64,000 bases of DNA from Takakia lepidozioides (GCA_030704615.1 CM060732.1:31744001-31808000), one strand, 5' to 3'; positions 48,427-61,300 are shown, counted from the first letter of the stretch. Numbers and translations: made by a program. The notes: generated by a model from the sequence alone, not told the origin.

Positions 48427-51400
48427 TCAGGTGTTGTGTTGGTTGCATCGTTCCGGGTCACCAGACTTCTCCTCAATTTTCTTATTTGTCTTGGAATTGC
48501 TTAGTATTTTCAACTGCCATCATGAGACAAAATATGTTAATGTGAGAATGGAATGTCAAAATTTGCATCAAGAAATTGTCACATGCAGGACTCAAATCCA
48601 ATTTACAAATATCAGCCATGCCCACCCCACTCCATGTGTTTGGACTTCCTTAGACATAATTTAAAGTTCTTTTCTTTCATTATTTCTCTTTCAATATCTG
48701 TACCAAAATGAAGGAAGCAGGGGTCAGCGTCACTCTCTCTCTCTCACTCTCTCGTGGGGGTGCTTAAGGAGTGTATGTCAGCATGCTCCAAAACAGCCAA
48801 TGTGGCTGTTCGGGGTGAGTTTGGCATTCCGTCCTTAAGCTCCCGACGAGATGAATTCAAGGTCAGATGGTGGGGTCAGCTGCAACATATGCCCAACACC
48901 AGATATCCTAAGTTAATCGACTCTATATCTTGGAAACAGGACCGCCCTGTCAAACAGGCTAAGTCCTGGCAGAAGAGAGTAGAAGAGATTCTCAAGGACC
49001 TGGACCTGGATCCGGAAGTCTTGACCCTGCTGGATAAATCTGACTTAGAGGCTGTAGTGTCCTCAGCCATGTCTGTTGCCATGAGATTGTCTGATGAAAA
49101 TGAAGTTAGGCAGAAAACTTCCCTGAACTTGTTTCCAGTCAGTGACATGGGGGAGGACATCTTGGATGACCTCAAGGGTCTACCCACTCTCGGCACTAGA
49201 CTGAAATTTAAACTCAGGGCAGGAAGCCTACCTTTGAACAGCAAACAGAAGCAGAGAGGAAAGGGAGAGTGCAATTGCCCGCTGTGTGGGCAATCTGAAG
49301 ACAGTATTCACTTTCTGATACACTGTCCGGGGTTCTCTCACCAAAGAGACGCTCTCTTCAATTCTATCAAGGGAATTGTGCCTGTACCCCTGTTTAACAA
49401 CTTTGAAAGTCTCGAGGCTGAGCCAAAAGCCCAGGCCCTCCTGAGGCCTAGTTTTTGGGCAAATCACACACAGCAGATTGATACTTGGGTGAAGGGATTT
49501 CTAGAGGATATCTGGAGAACCCGGATTAATTCTATATATGATGGTAAGTCACACTACCAACGTCAGCCCCTGACAGAGGTAGGTTCTGTCCCTTTTGTTC
49601 CCGCTCAAACTGGGCACGTTGTCAATGGCCACAAGGCTACGGCAAACAACGTCTTAAGAGTACAATCTCTCCTACCACCCCTCCCAATTCTGTTCTGTTA
49701 ATCAGAAAGGAAGGAAAAATGCCAGATTATAGGAAAAGCCCAAACCTTCGCCACAAAAAAGCCATCCATGTTATGCACATGGGGGTAGAACCGTCTTGTG
49801 TTCCTTAGTGTGGGATGGAAGTGATGCTCACGGAAGTTGGTGTATCTGGTAAAACAGCGACAACAAACAAGAAGTCAAGGTTAGTGTCCAGTTTGCCTAT
49901 GCAAATGTAGATCAATACTGCCAAAGTGAAACAGAGATATGAAAGGGAATCTCCTCAATAAACCACACATGCTGCTGTCTTGTAGCATAATCACTGTTCA
50001 CAGTTCTGACCTGAGGCAGAAGAAAGCGATAAAAAATTACCTCCACCGAGGCACAGCAGGCTATGGGACAGAGAGCAAAATCATCACAGGAGCTTATCTT
50101 ATAACCATGAATATAAGTAGACATACACAACAGCGGTGAAAAGTAACAGTGTGTTATCTAGTTACAAAGTAACAGAGATGAAAAGGGGTCAAACATACCC
50201 TTCTCGACCAAAGTCCAAACCGCAAGGTACAATTTTCACATCGCGTTTGCGTAGTGCGTAGTCCACAACTGCCTCATTCTGCCAACACAGTACTCACACC
50301 TTATTCCTTCGGTGTCTTCTACCAGGCTGAAGAGTTGTGGAAGGTACTGATGTCATGTAGGTCTCTGGGAGTGAATCCACTCTTTTGCTTGCATCACTAA
50401 ACGTCTTGTTAACACTTGTTAACACTTGTGACCAACTTAACTCAATCAGATACCATCACCTTATGGTTATGAGAGGTATGACAGTTCAGTCCCCTACCTA
50501 ATGCATCTCCTCCACACAAGTCCAATCACCCCAATCACTTTGTAGCCCATTTCCTGTGTTATTAAGCTATCATCAGGCTTTCTGTCTCTTCACACCATTA
50601 TGTTGTCCTTGACCATGCGAGATATAGGTGCACACCTCACCAGAATGTAAGCATATATGGCACTGTTATTTCTTCCGCAAAGCAGGTATTAGAATTACCT
50701 CAGCGACCATAACAGAGCAAGTGGAGTAGACAAGAAACCCTCCTGTCTTTGATGATGCATCCACCATGTCTATGGCTGCTAATATTAGCTCCTGCCGGAA
50801 ATACCAAATAACAGCAGTCAACACAGGCTCTGACACACCATTGAAACACATTGAATTAAACACCCACAACTGTTCCAAGATCAGCCTCGGACAATACAAG
50901 GACTCAGAAGGAACTGGAATGGTGAAATAACCCACCCAGGGAAGGGAGCACCCTGCTGAGGTTGGTTGCTTTTGACTCACAAAATGGATAACTTAGGAAG
51001 AAAATGTCCAACTAACAAATGGGACACAGACAAAAGCACCACCTTTTGTAGGGAAGAGCACCGCTGAATGTCCTCAACATCCTTTGTTACCTTCACTGAT
51101 GGGTCCTTACCAATAACCTGCAAGAAACCAATCATTTGAGATTTGAGACTGGGTTGTGGTCCACACATTACTACTTGCGAGAAGATGCACTACATACGTG
51201 TCTATGAAAAGGTGAAAGACTGACTTTAAAGAGCACTGTCATTGAGGACACCCCTGGTAAAATTTGACACTGCTTCAGATAAGTACAGGTGTACAATCCT
51301 AATTTGCGAGTACCACCTACTCAAAAGCACATCAAATTTGAGCTCATCATCATGGTCTTCCCTTGACTGCTATCTACGGTCCTCAGCTTAGCCTTGGTAG

Positions 51401-54400
51401 AAATGGATACAGCAGATGTGGAACTGTCACCCACCCAATATATCTCCATGGAACTACAGTGCACACTCCTGAATACCACCCATCCAATATAACACAGTTC
51501 TCTGCACTGCAGAAAAGTAATCATCTGATGTGTAACCAGTTACACTGAAACTGTTAGCAAATAAATAAAACCATCTCCTAACCACAACATAACAACTAGG
51601 ATATAAATTAGCCAAAATAAAACAAGAAGCAGGCACTTACACCAGTTCCACTGCATGGTGCATCTAACAGCACTCGATCAGCTGTGTTTGAGCCCAGGAT
51701 TTTCGGTAGCTGCAGGTGCAGACTCAAGCAGATCAGTGGTCCAGCATGCAAGGAGAGGACATGAAACCACATGACTGACATTAGAGACGAATGGAAGTAT
51801 ATGATCTCACGAAAATGCACATCCCACAATGTAACGACTATTGATGCATTCCGCAAAGCAATAACAACAGGAGCTGAAAGAGACATAGTCAGTAGCACCT
51901 CACCTCGCGGCCGTCATAATTGCAAATGATAGTGTTGGTCACGCCCATTCGATGAATGTTGGCTGACAATGACTTTATCCTTGACTCCTTGAGCTCATTG
52001 GCAAATAATACCCCTGCCACATTTCCCCACATGCACAACCTGAGATGCTGAACCACTTTTAAGTATAAGATACAGCAATTCAAGCCATGCACAGGGATAG
52101 TTCAAGCTTGGTTGAGATCACTGATACCTAAAGACTTCTACTATCTAGGTAGAAACCTGAAAGTGCAGTCACTACAGGCTATAGACTTCCTCTGTACCTA
52201 CAGTGCCATCAGAAACCCCACACCTGCTATTCTGGTGTCCAAAATACAAACTAAATGACCGATTTCAATTGACAACCTACCTGTATTCTTCATAAGTGCT
52301 GCAATGTAGGTTGTTTTCCCACCTGGCGCAGCTCTGTAAAATTCCAGGTCCAAGAGGCCAGACAAGATATGGCAATCAGATTACTTCCTTTATGACAGCA
52401 TATTGCAAAAACTACACCTAAAGAGCAAGAGGGGAAGAATAGACAAGACAACGGATAAGACAAGTACTGAAGGGGCAGAGAAGAGAAATCAGTATGAAGT
52501 GTCCAGTCTCTAGCCTCAAGGCAGGAGAACAAAAGGTGCGAATAGGGTACATACGCCATATCCACAACACGTTCTCTCTCTTGAGGTGCCAGAGCCATGA
52601 CTGGTAAAAAGGATGACCCACTTTGCAGCTGCAGACCCAACCAACGTCGATTAGGCAACTTCGGTGAGACATTATCAATAACCACGAATTCACAGTGAAA
52701 GGCATGATTAAAACAAGTAGAACAAAACTCATCATGACCTAACCAGTGACAGTGGCATGCAAGGGTAGGCTCCGTCTCATAAATTCAGAGCCAGCCCACC
52801 TGAATAAGACTCTTCTGCAGAATCCATGTGGGACATTATCCCAACTACAATCATTGCATCGGGTTCTGATACCAGCGGTGTTTCAAAAAGTACCTACTGT
52901 AACCAGCCAGCTCGATACATCTACTCACAGAGAAGAAAAGAAGATGATAAAGAAAAGAAGGTTACCATGTAGTGACCAGCCATGTATTCTGGAGTTGCAC
53001 CCACAGGCACTTGAGAATCATACACAACCAGGCCCACCTGCCAGTACAAGCAATGACATCTAAACATCATATGTAGGAAGAGAATTTGTTTCACTTTTCT
53101 TTTCAAAATGAAATAAGATTTGGTTTCGGTTCTGATGTTTCAGTAAGGCTACAGAAACATTACAAGCACTTTGTACAGTTGACTCGCACAGACATTACTA
53201 GAACTCACTGTGGCAATTGTCTACACTTACAACTGTGGCACCATCTGATTTTTTTGATATACTGGATGGAAGTTGTACAGGCACGTTCCAAGAAAACTTC
53301 ATGCCTCACGATCTTTCTGTCTTTCTGGACTACTATATATACATTTGTTTAAAGAACTTGTGATGATCTTAAGATCAAACTTTAGTAGTTGAGTCAATGC
53401 CAGCGCAAACATAAATGATACATCAGAAAAGGTAATATGCCGCAAGGGAAAAATCCTGCTGCATGCCACTGTCATGGTCAACTCGAGTGACATACCACTT
53501 CATAATACCTTAGTCCATTTCCCTAGAGGGTCCAAATTCACCCCCCTGTTAATCAAGGCTTGAGCCAAATCTTTCCTCCGAGACTGCATAATAACACCCA
53601 AAATGAATCATTAGCTCTGTACGATGGGCTTCCTTGGATTGGGAGAGCATGGAAGGGCACAAAATAGCAGAAGATTTGCTTGAAAAATGAGAGTACAACA
53701 AATGGGAGTTTTTCTGACTGCAGGTTTTTGCCAGTCATAGGCATACACCTATTTCAATTTATGATTAGGTCAATTATTGCCAGCAGCAGTTTCTTTCTTG
53801 ACATACCAAACAAGCAAATCCACAATCATCACAAGACAGGTGAAATAATGACCTTCAAGGTATTGGTCCTCAAAGAGATTGGCCGAGGCTTCTCATTTGC
53901 TTCCAAAAACTCAACTACTTCAGCAACAGGGAACATCTGCTCCCAACCAAAAGCCCTCTCTTCAGCTACTAGATATGCAAACAACAAACAAAGTGCTAAC
54001 TTGAGCCAAACGCTATTTGGCTTTACCCACCCAGCGCAAGCATATTGTTTGAGATAAAAGAAAGCAGACAACCCCAAGAAAATATCAAGGTGCGCACTGC
54101 ATGGGGCACCTTCAAACAAACAAAACCTGGCAATCACCCCATACACCAATTGACAAGAGTTTAATAAGGTGGACTTCTGCCCCAAGCAAGCATAGATTAT
54201 GGTGTCCCTTTAGCCCGAAAGAGACTACTGCCTTCCATTTGGAAGGTGGACACCTTCTAATGGCTGGAACCAGGGCAAGATGCCTCTCCAAACCTCCCCA
54301 GACTCGAAAGTACGCACACATCAGGTGACAGGTTGACCAGTGACCCCCTTTTACAGCTGGGTATAATGGTTACCCATCTAACATACACCTATATGGGACA

Positions 54401-56124
54401 CAAGAGCAAATGGTTAATGAATGTAAGACCTGAATGCCAAGACTGAATTTCTAACCAATTCAAAAGCATTCAAAATTCAGATTAGGACAGAAAATGACCT
54501 GAAGAAACATATTGACCAGGAAATCATTGTAGCCATAATAAGAAGCCAGGTCGGTAGCCAACTGCTTCACATAATCAGTTCTGGCAACTCCTTCAGGCCT
54601 GAGCGCCTTGAAATTTGAAAGCACCCGTACAACTGCCATGTGTAGACCATTTAAGATTCATGCTCACTTTCCCATCCTTGCATATACGTATGTGCAAGTT
54701 GACCTATTAAGGCACTAAAACAATATACCACTTACTAAGAACTGGTCTTCCCACAACACTACTGCACTGGAGCCCCCAGTTGCCAAAAACAGACATTCAG
54801 TATCGCTACTTACTGTCCTTGATTCGTTGTAGAATGCTGCGAAGATCTGGTGGGCCCTTACCCTCCTCCTCCAGCTCCTGGAAACACCAACAAGACACCA
54901 TCCTTCATGATATCCACTCCTTCATTACATTCATGGTCCAAATTCTTCATGCATGAAACTTCTATGCGCCAAATCATCCCATTGTTTCCTGACGATACAC
55001 TTTGCAGAACAGAAAACTACACAGGTTCCACTTCTGCACCAGATATCTCTATGAAATGTGTAACCATCTTAACCTTTCAGGCATCTTTACAATTAGGTTT
55101 TGAAATACAACCTTATCATGCAGATATCCTGAGAAATAAATCTTTCCAACACATCAAACTAGAAAGGTCAAATCTAATGCTACGAAAGTAAACTTGCAAA
55201 CGCAGATACTTTGTTCCAAAAGTGAACCCTACAGACCTCTGCTGTGGGTAGACGGAAATCATCAGAGTCACCCTGAATGTTCAACTGCAATTCATCCTCT
55301 TCTGCATCTTTGGCCTCACGGGCTTTCTCGGAATCTAACCTTCGCGCCTTTTTCTCCACCTCCAATTCACCATCACTCTCATCTGCAGACACCGTGAATT
55401 GATGTCACCGCGCAATGAATTGCAATGACAAACATGTCTATCCCATTGATCCACTGTGGTTTGGAGATGATTGCTCATTGTGTGTTAAAACAGAAAAACT
55501 GGAGGCCACATTTCCAGCTAATCCGTCTGTCTTGCCAACAGCAACCACGGTTCAACAGGCCCCTGGTAAGTGGTCCGTTGCTTAAAATATGACATAAAGG
55601 AGGTCTTTGGTTAGTTACGTTTTCTAACCTTCGGAAATGGAGAGCGCTCCTGAGATGTCGGAGTCATCTTCCTCGTCGCCGTCATTCAATTTGGCCTTCA
55701 GCCACTTCCTGTTATCATCGCTAAAACCCTTCCTGCTTTTCTTCTCTCCCTCTTGTTCCACCTTCATCTCGGGAACTTGTCTCCCTTTAACTTTCTCCCC
55801 ACCTTTGAGACCACTGATACCCCCCTTAAGTTCCTCACTGACGTCGCTTTCTTCCCCTTCTTCTTCCTCGTCATCACTAAAACCCTTCCTCTTCAATAGT
55901 TTTGCTACTTTTTTATCGCGCCCTTCCTTCTTCTTCACCTCCATAGCTGCACGAAGGGACTTCAAGCTCCCGGTAACTGTAGTCATCGGTTTAATTTCGG
56001 GAGGGGCCGAAAGTGTCACGGCTGTGACCTCCGTACTAGTTGTCTTCTTGGCCTTCTTGAGAGTGGCACGACTCGGCAGTGTGGGAGGAGCCTGCCCCAC
56101 TTTCCTTTTCTTAGTTCGCGCCAT
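48427..56124 (-). CDS. NOP2: 25S rRNA cytosine-C5 methyltransferase NOP2 (NOL1/NOP2/Sun family), about 16 exons
   Basis: In-frame GT-AG exons: [75 protein letters not shown], and last exon LKILSNSK...* (48513-48427). Confidence 0.95.
48754..49650 (+). mobile_element. 5'-truncated LINE (RTE-X/CR1-like ORF2 C-terminus) inserted antisense in the last NOP2 intron next to a (CT)n tract
   Basis: [10 protein letters not shown]...KLRAGSLPL...[18 protein letters not shown] (CCHC knuckle), uninterrupted frame. Confidence 0.8.
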
Positions 56125-56356
56125 AGCTCGATCGCAACGCAACATGTGTGCGGAAACACAGCTATGGTGCGAGAGAGAAGAGAGGTGGTCCTGGAACCCT
56201 ATGTTCATCCATCACTCACGACTCTAACCCTAAGTTCATCCATGCCTTACAGGAACCTATGAAGTTTGTGACTGTGAAGTGCTCAGCAGAGCCCTTAGCG
56301 GTGTGGAGGGCTTTGGCTTGAATCACAGTTGAGGGAGGCTTTCGAATTGAGGATTG

Positions 56357-57669
56357 ATGGCGAAGAAGGGAGAGCGAGTGGTGGGGATGTCAGCCCCGCA
56401 GTTTTCCTGCACAGACGATGTCGCACTCAATGTCGAGAAAGCAGAGAGGTGGGTCTCTTCGTGTCGGCGTTTCGTCATATTCGTTTATCTTTTCCACTCT
56501 AACTCTTTCCCTCACAATGTAGCGATGTGGGTGCTTCTTACACATGCCATCTCAGTAGTATATTACTGCGCTCTGTGATTTTATCTTTTGCTAACTCCTA
56601 TTGTCCTAAGGATTTGGTGGAAATTGAAGAATAGAACTTGTTAGAGCTTAGTTGCCTTCACACCAGCTCGCTTGCTTCACGTAGTGCATCGCAGGAAGAA
56701 CATTGTGGAAGATCTAGTAACGTTGTAACAAAAGCCAGTCATTGTGTCTTTTGGTTAAGCAAGTTCTGAATCTGCATCTTGTTGACACGGGGTTTAAGCC
56801 AAATGCTAGTAACCACCGAAACCTCCTTTAATTAGTTTCTCATGCGACATCGATGTTGTTGGCATCTTTCTGTCAAAGACACTTGGAGTTTGGCAACATA
56901 TCTCAAGCTCATTGGGAAGATATATGCTGTGGCATGATACTGTTACTGAATAGTCAAGAAGATAGTGTGCTTATGGGGTTGAAGAAGACTTCGTAAAATT
57001 AATCAGTTTGATTGTGGGATCTTTTGGCAGGATTGTGAGAGACACCCATGCAAAAGGTGCCAACGTTGTGCTCATTCAGGTAGAACATCTGAAGCCATTG
57101 CTTATCTATGTCCAACTAACTTTGTGGGTTCTTGTAAGCATTCCAAGTTCAGCTATAAAGTAGAATTGCATACTAGGAGGAACAGTGTCTTCTTCATGAG
57201 TTGAAGCTCTTACCTTAGCAAAGCTTTCAGCTTAGAACTCTCTCTCTTTTGTTTGGTCTTATTCTTGTTCTTCAGCTTCTGATTCTCCTCCCCCTGACCC
57301 TTGTAGACCTGGTTTGTAGTTGTTGTTGACGACAGGCATTGGGTATTGTCCCATAAGCTCTTGGCTTTTCGTGGATGGCAACATGTCTCTTTGTTTCCCT
57401 CTCTCCTTCTTTCTATCAGTCTGTTCCTTTCTAGTCAATTTCGAGTCTATGCTTTGCAATCTCATGCCTTAGATATGTAGAACACTCATGTTATATTGTG
57501 GGGTTTATTTGACACACCACAGGAGCTTTTTGAGGGTTCTTACTTCTGCCAGGTCCAGAGGGAAGATTCCTTTGCACACGGCCATCCTCAGGAAGACCAC
57601 CCCACAACAATGGTCTCTTCTATGCTCACTGGCAGTTGTCACAGAGTAGTCCAAGGTCACCAGACTTGA
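56357..57669 (+). pseudogene. N-carbamoylputrescine amidase (nitrilase-like NLP1/CPA), first three exons only (56357-56448, 57031-57079, 57523-~57612)
   Basis: QFSCTDDVALNVEKAER | IVRDTHAKGANVVLIQ | ELFEGSYFCQVQRED...HPT. Several conserved positions are substituted and no downstream exons were found. Confidence 0.88.
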
Positions 57670-59501
57670 GAAATAAATGCACAATGAAGGCCCTTTGTAT
57701 TGACTGTGGATTGAACCCTCCTTGGGTGAGAGCGGCACTACCTGCTGTGATACAACGCTCAGGTGATGGGGTCAATGAGAACTCTTCATGCTCTTGTGAG
57801 CATTTGACGACTCTATGTAAGGCAGGACGATTGAAAGAGGCAGTGCACATTTTGAACAAACATGGCACTTTGCCAGACTCCAAGACCTACATCTGTCTCT
57901 TGAAGGAGTGCATCAAAATTGAAAACCTTGAAATGGGAAACCAGGTGCATACCCACATCATCCGAAGTGGATTGAAGACAAACATCTTCCTGCTAAACAC
58001 CCTTGTCAACATGTACGCCAAGTGTGGGAGCATGGTGGACGCATATCTAGTGTTTGACAACATGCCTGAGCGAGATGTGTTTACATGGACCATGATGATG
58101 GCAGGATACGTCAAGCATGGGTGTTGTTGGGACGCTTTCAAGATGTACAAGCAGATGATGTCGGAAGGGTCCACACCCAACAGCGTCACCTTCATTTGCA
58201 TTCTCAAGGCTTGTGCCAATCTAGGAGCACTGGAACAGGGGAAAGAGGTGCATGCTGACATCATCAAATCTGGAATTGTATCAGATACTAAGTTGGAGAA
58301 TACCCTTCTTAACATGTATGCCAAATGTGGGAGCATGAAGGATGCTCAACAAGTGTTTAACTCTATGACTAAACGAACTTTGGTCTCATGGAACGCCATG
58401 ATTGGAGGATATGCTCAGCACGGGTATGGTAGGGAGGCATTCGAGATGTATGAGCAAATGAAACAAGAAAGTGTGACGCCTGACAGGGTCACATTCATTT
58501 GCATTCTCAATGCATGCTTGACCCAGTCAGCCCAGGAAAGAGGCAAAGAGGTTCATGATGACATCATCAAGGCTAAACTACCACGGGATGTCATTTTGGA
58601 CACAGCACTTGTTGACATGTATGCCAAATGTGGGAGTATGGTAGATGCACGTCAAGTATTTGACAATATGGCTAAGCGGGATAGGGTCTGCTGGAATGCG
58701 ATCATTGCAGGATATTGTCAACATAGGTGTGGTAAGGAGGCTTTTGAAATGTATGAGCAAATGATACAGGAAGGGGTGATACCCAACAAGGTTACGTTCA
58801 CTTGCGCTCTCAATGCATGTGCCAGTTTGGCAGCCCTGGAAGAAGGCAAAGAGGTCCATGCTGACATTATCGAAGCTGGAACTACCCTTGATATTATTTT
58901 GGAAACTGCCCTTGTTGACATGTATGCCAAATGTGGGAACATGAATTATGCGCATCAGGTGTTCGACAAGATGCATCAACGAAACATTGTCTCATGGAGT
59001 GTGATGATCACAGGATATGCTCAGCATGGGTGTGGTAGGGAGGCCCTGCAACTGTTTGAACAAATGCAACAGGAAGGCTTGAAGCCAAATGGTATCACCT
59101 TTATAGGTGTTATTTCCGCATGTAGCCATGTGGGCCTAGTGGATGAAGGCTGTCACTACTTTGAATCAATGAGTAGAGAGCATGGCCTTACTCCGACAAT
59201 GGGGCATTTTGGTTGCTTGGTGGACCTTCTTGGGCGTGCAGGGCGATTGGATGAGGCAGAGGGCTTCATTGCCAGAATGCCAATTGAACCAGATGCTGTG
59301 GTTTGGGGAGCCCTGCTTGGTGCCTGCAAACTCCATGGCAATCTTGAGCTTGCAGAACATGCGGTGGAAGGCCTTCTCAAGTGTGATCCACAGCACACTG
59401 CACCTTATGTTCTGCTATCGAACATAGCCAGTGGGATGATACTCAGAGGTGAAGAAAGGGCATTCCCCACACGATCGCTATACCAGATGTCATCTCCTTA
59501 G
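57636..59501 (+). CDS. PLS-class pentatricopeptide repeat protein with a truncated E domain (first ATG 57684)
   Basis: Intronless ORF with repeated P-L-S triplets (LVDMYAKCG..., WNAMIGGY..., VTFICILNAC), then VDLLGRAG, WGALLGAC and YVLLSNI, after which similarity is lost. Confidence 0.95.
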   Translation: MSQSSPRSPDLRNKCTMKALCIDCGLNPPWVRAALPAVIQRSGDGVNENSSCSCEHLTTLCKAGRLKEAVHILNKHGTLPDSKTYICLLKECIKIENLEMGNQVHTHIIRSGLKTNIFLLNTLVNMYAKCGSMVDAYLVFDNMPERDVFTWTMMMAGYVKHGCCWDAFKMYKQMMSEGSTPNSVTFICILKACANLGALEQGKEVHADIIKSGIVSDTKLENTLLNMYAKCGSMKDAQQVFNSMTKRTLVSWNAMIGGYAQHGYGREAFEMYEQMKQESVTPDRVTFICILNACLTQSAQERGKEVHDDIIKAKLPRDVILDTALVDMYAKCGSMVDARQVFDNMAKRDRVCWNAIIAGYCQHRCGKEAFEMYEQMIQEGVIPNKVTFTCALNACASLAALEEGKEVHADIIEAGTTLDIILETALVDMYAKCGNMNYAHQVFDKMHQRNIVSWSVMITGYAQHGCGREALQLFEQMQQEGLKPNGITFIGVISACSHVGLVDEGCHYFESMSREHGLTPTMGHFGCLVDLLGRAGRLDEAEGFIARMPIEPDAVVWGALLGACKLHGNLELAEHAVEGLLKCDPQHTAPYVLLSNIASGMILRGEERAFPTRSLYQMSSP

Positions 59502-60351
59502 TCTTAGTAGGAAAAGAACTTACCCAGATATTCGGCAACATGAGTACATCAGGTTAGATACCTGCAGTATTTATACTTACCCATCAGTGAGACATTCGCC
59601 TTGGCCAGCATACAGTCCATGGATGCATCCAGGGCAACTATCATTCCCCGCGATGCCCCCATCTTCACAGGATGCAGATCTTCAGATCAATTCTCTTCAC
59701 ATTATCTTAATCCAATGCACAGAGGAGGTGTAAGTACAACGATGTCTTCCCAGTGAGAGTGAGGATGGGATGGGTTGGGATGGGTCAACATGAGTTGCAA
59801 GATGAATATGATGGAGGCGATTACTTCAGCCCTGTAATTACTTCAGGCGTGACGATTTCTCCCGATGACGCAAAGAAAGTGTCCCAAGGGGTGTGCATGT
59901 GCTCTCAGCCCAAAAACCAGACTTGACACTGGATATTCTTTCCCCTCCACACTCTCATGCAATAGAAAGAGCGTGTTAGATACATAAAATTCATTCATCT
60001 GGCCACACGATCATTTGGCTGGTATTAGATTTTCGCACCTTGTGGATGCACATTATCTTGTACAACAATGACATAAACCAAGATGTCTATCCTATCCGAG
60101 TATCACTGAGTCTTCCCATATGTTGCAGATGCCCTCTTCTTGATGCAAAAACTTGAATATTTCTTGATGCCTCTGCAATACGGTTTCCTTGCTTTCACTG
60201 CTGTTGTTCGAATCATACGTGACTTGGGCAGCTTACAGGAAGTGCAAAACTGTCTGTCGCATCCAATGACACATTGCTTTGCCGCAAACCTGCTTGCTTG
60301 TAAATGTAAGGAGAAAGTATGACTGTTCTTTCATGCCAGTTGCTTCATTCG

Positions 60352-60676
60352 TCAATAATCCCCATGAGAACCCTTGCCATCTTGGAAGTTGTGATGGTGG
60401 CTGGCATCTCTGGCCGTTGCTTTTGGGCTGATCAGCATGTTCCCGGGATGTCTATCCACGTCATGATCCCAAAGAGAGGTTTCCTTCTGCTTCTCTTCCA
60501 CATCATGCAATACAACTTGCATGTCAGGCACATACCTGCCGTCCTTCATCAGCCCAGACAATATCAGCAAGGATTTTTTCTCAATTGTGAATGTCCTCCA
60601 CAATGAATGAATCCACCTGTTTGTCCGCCTCGTGCAGCTGCACTCTGCCTCCTTCCTAATACTTCTCTCCTGCACG
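60352..60676 (-). pseudogene. Degenerate E+/DYW domain of a PPR editing factor
   Basis: QERSIRKEAECS...LMKDGRYVPDMQVVLHDVEEKQKETSL...ARDASHHHNFQDGKGSHGDY*. The HxE and CxxC zinc motifs are deleted. Confidence 0.85.
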
Positions 60677-60687
60677 TCGCTGGCCTT

Positions 60688-61300
60688 GGACAGGGTAAAA
60701 TTTCCTGGCTTCAGCATGGAGGAGCATGGCGCCAAGTTGTGAGTGCCACCTTCCTGTCTTGTTGCCTTCATTGTCAAGTTGTCAACCTTCAGTGACTTGG
60801 AAGGGCCTGCCAAACTGTTGGGGTCATGAGCACCTCCGTCTATCCAATGCGGCCTATGTAGACACTGGTCAAAGTAACCCAATATTGTTCACAAGGCCCC
60901 CTCTTGGCACTCTTTTCAATTGGGCCTTTCATCCCGATGCTGCATTCAAGAAAGTCTGAGGGCTATGGCCAGTCGGACTGTTTCAGAACGGTCTGCTTGT
61001 TTTACTGCCTCTTCATCCCTTGTTGATTTCATTCTTCTTCCCTGCAGCCGCACGGTAGACTTTCACTGAGGTGTTAGTTAATTTAATGTTCTGACTTTCA
61101 ACAGCTGCTGCCGATAGATGGACGGACATCGTTCGCCACGGCGAAGTTACACTTGATTATTCACTAAGTAGAGTGGCTCCCATGGAGATTCGCTTCTCAG
61201 AGCTCTGTCGTTTGAGATGAAAAGGTTGCAAGCGAGGCAGTCGTTTCTGACAACATGGGATCGACACTCTATACGATCACCCCACACAGATCGGAGGTCT
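60688..61300 (+). pseudogene. Truncated duplicate of the BTB gene 5' region
   Basis: Direct homology to 20161-20850, including EMKRLQARQSFLTTWDR; ends at the start of the BTB domain. Confidence 0.8.

Noticed and set aside
55637-59398. Long antisense ORFs over NOP2 exon 1 and the PPR
   Set aside because: Shadow ORFs produced by the codon bias and repeats of the sense genes.
60352-60882. 176-aa ORF as a functional stand-alone DYW protein
   Set aside because: The HxE and CxxC motifs are missing, the terminal W is a stop, and the N-terminal part is antisense BTB-duplicate sequence.
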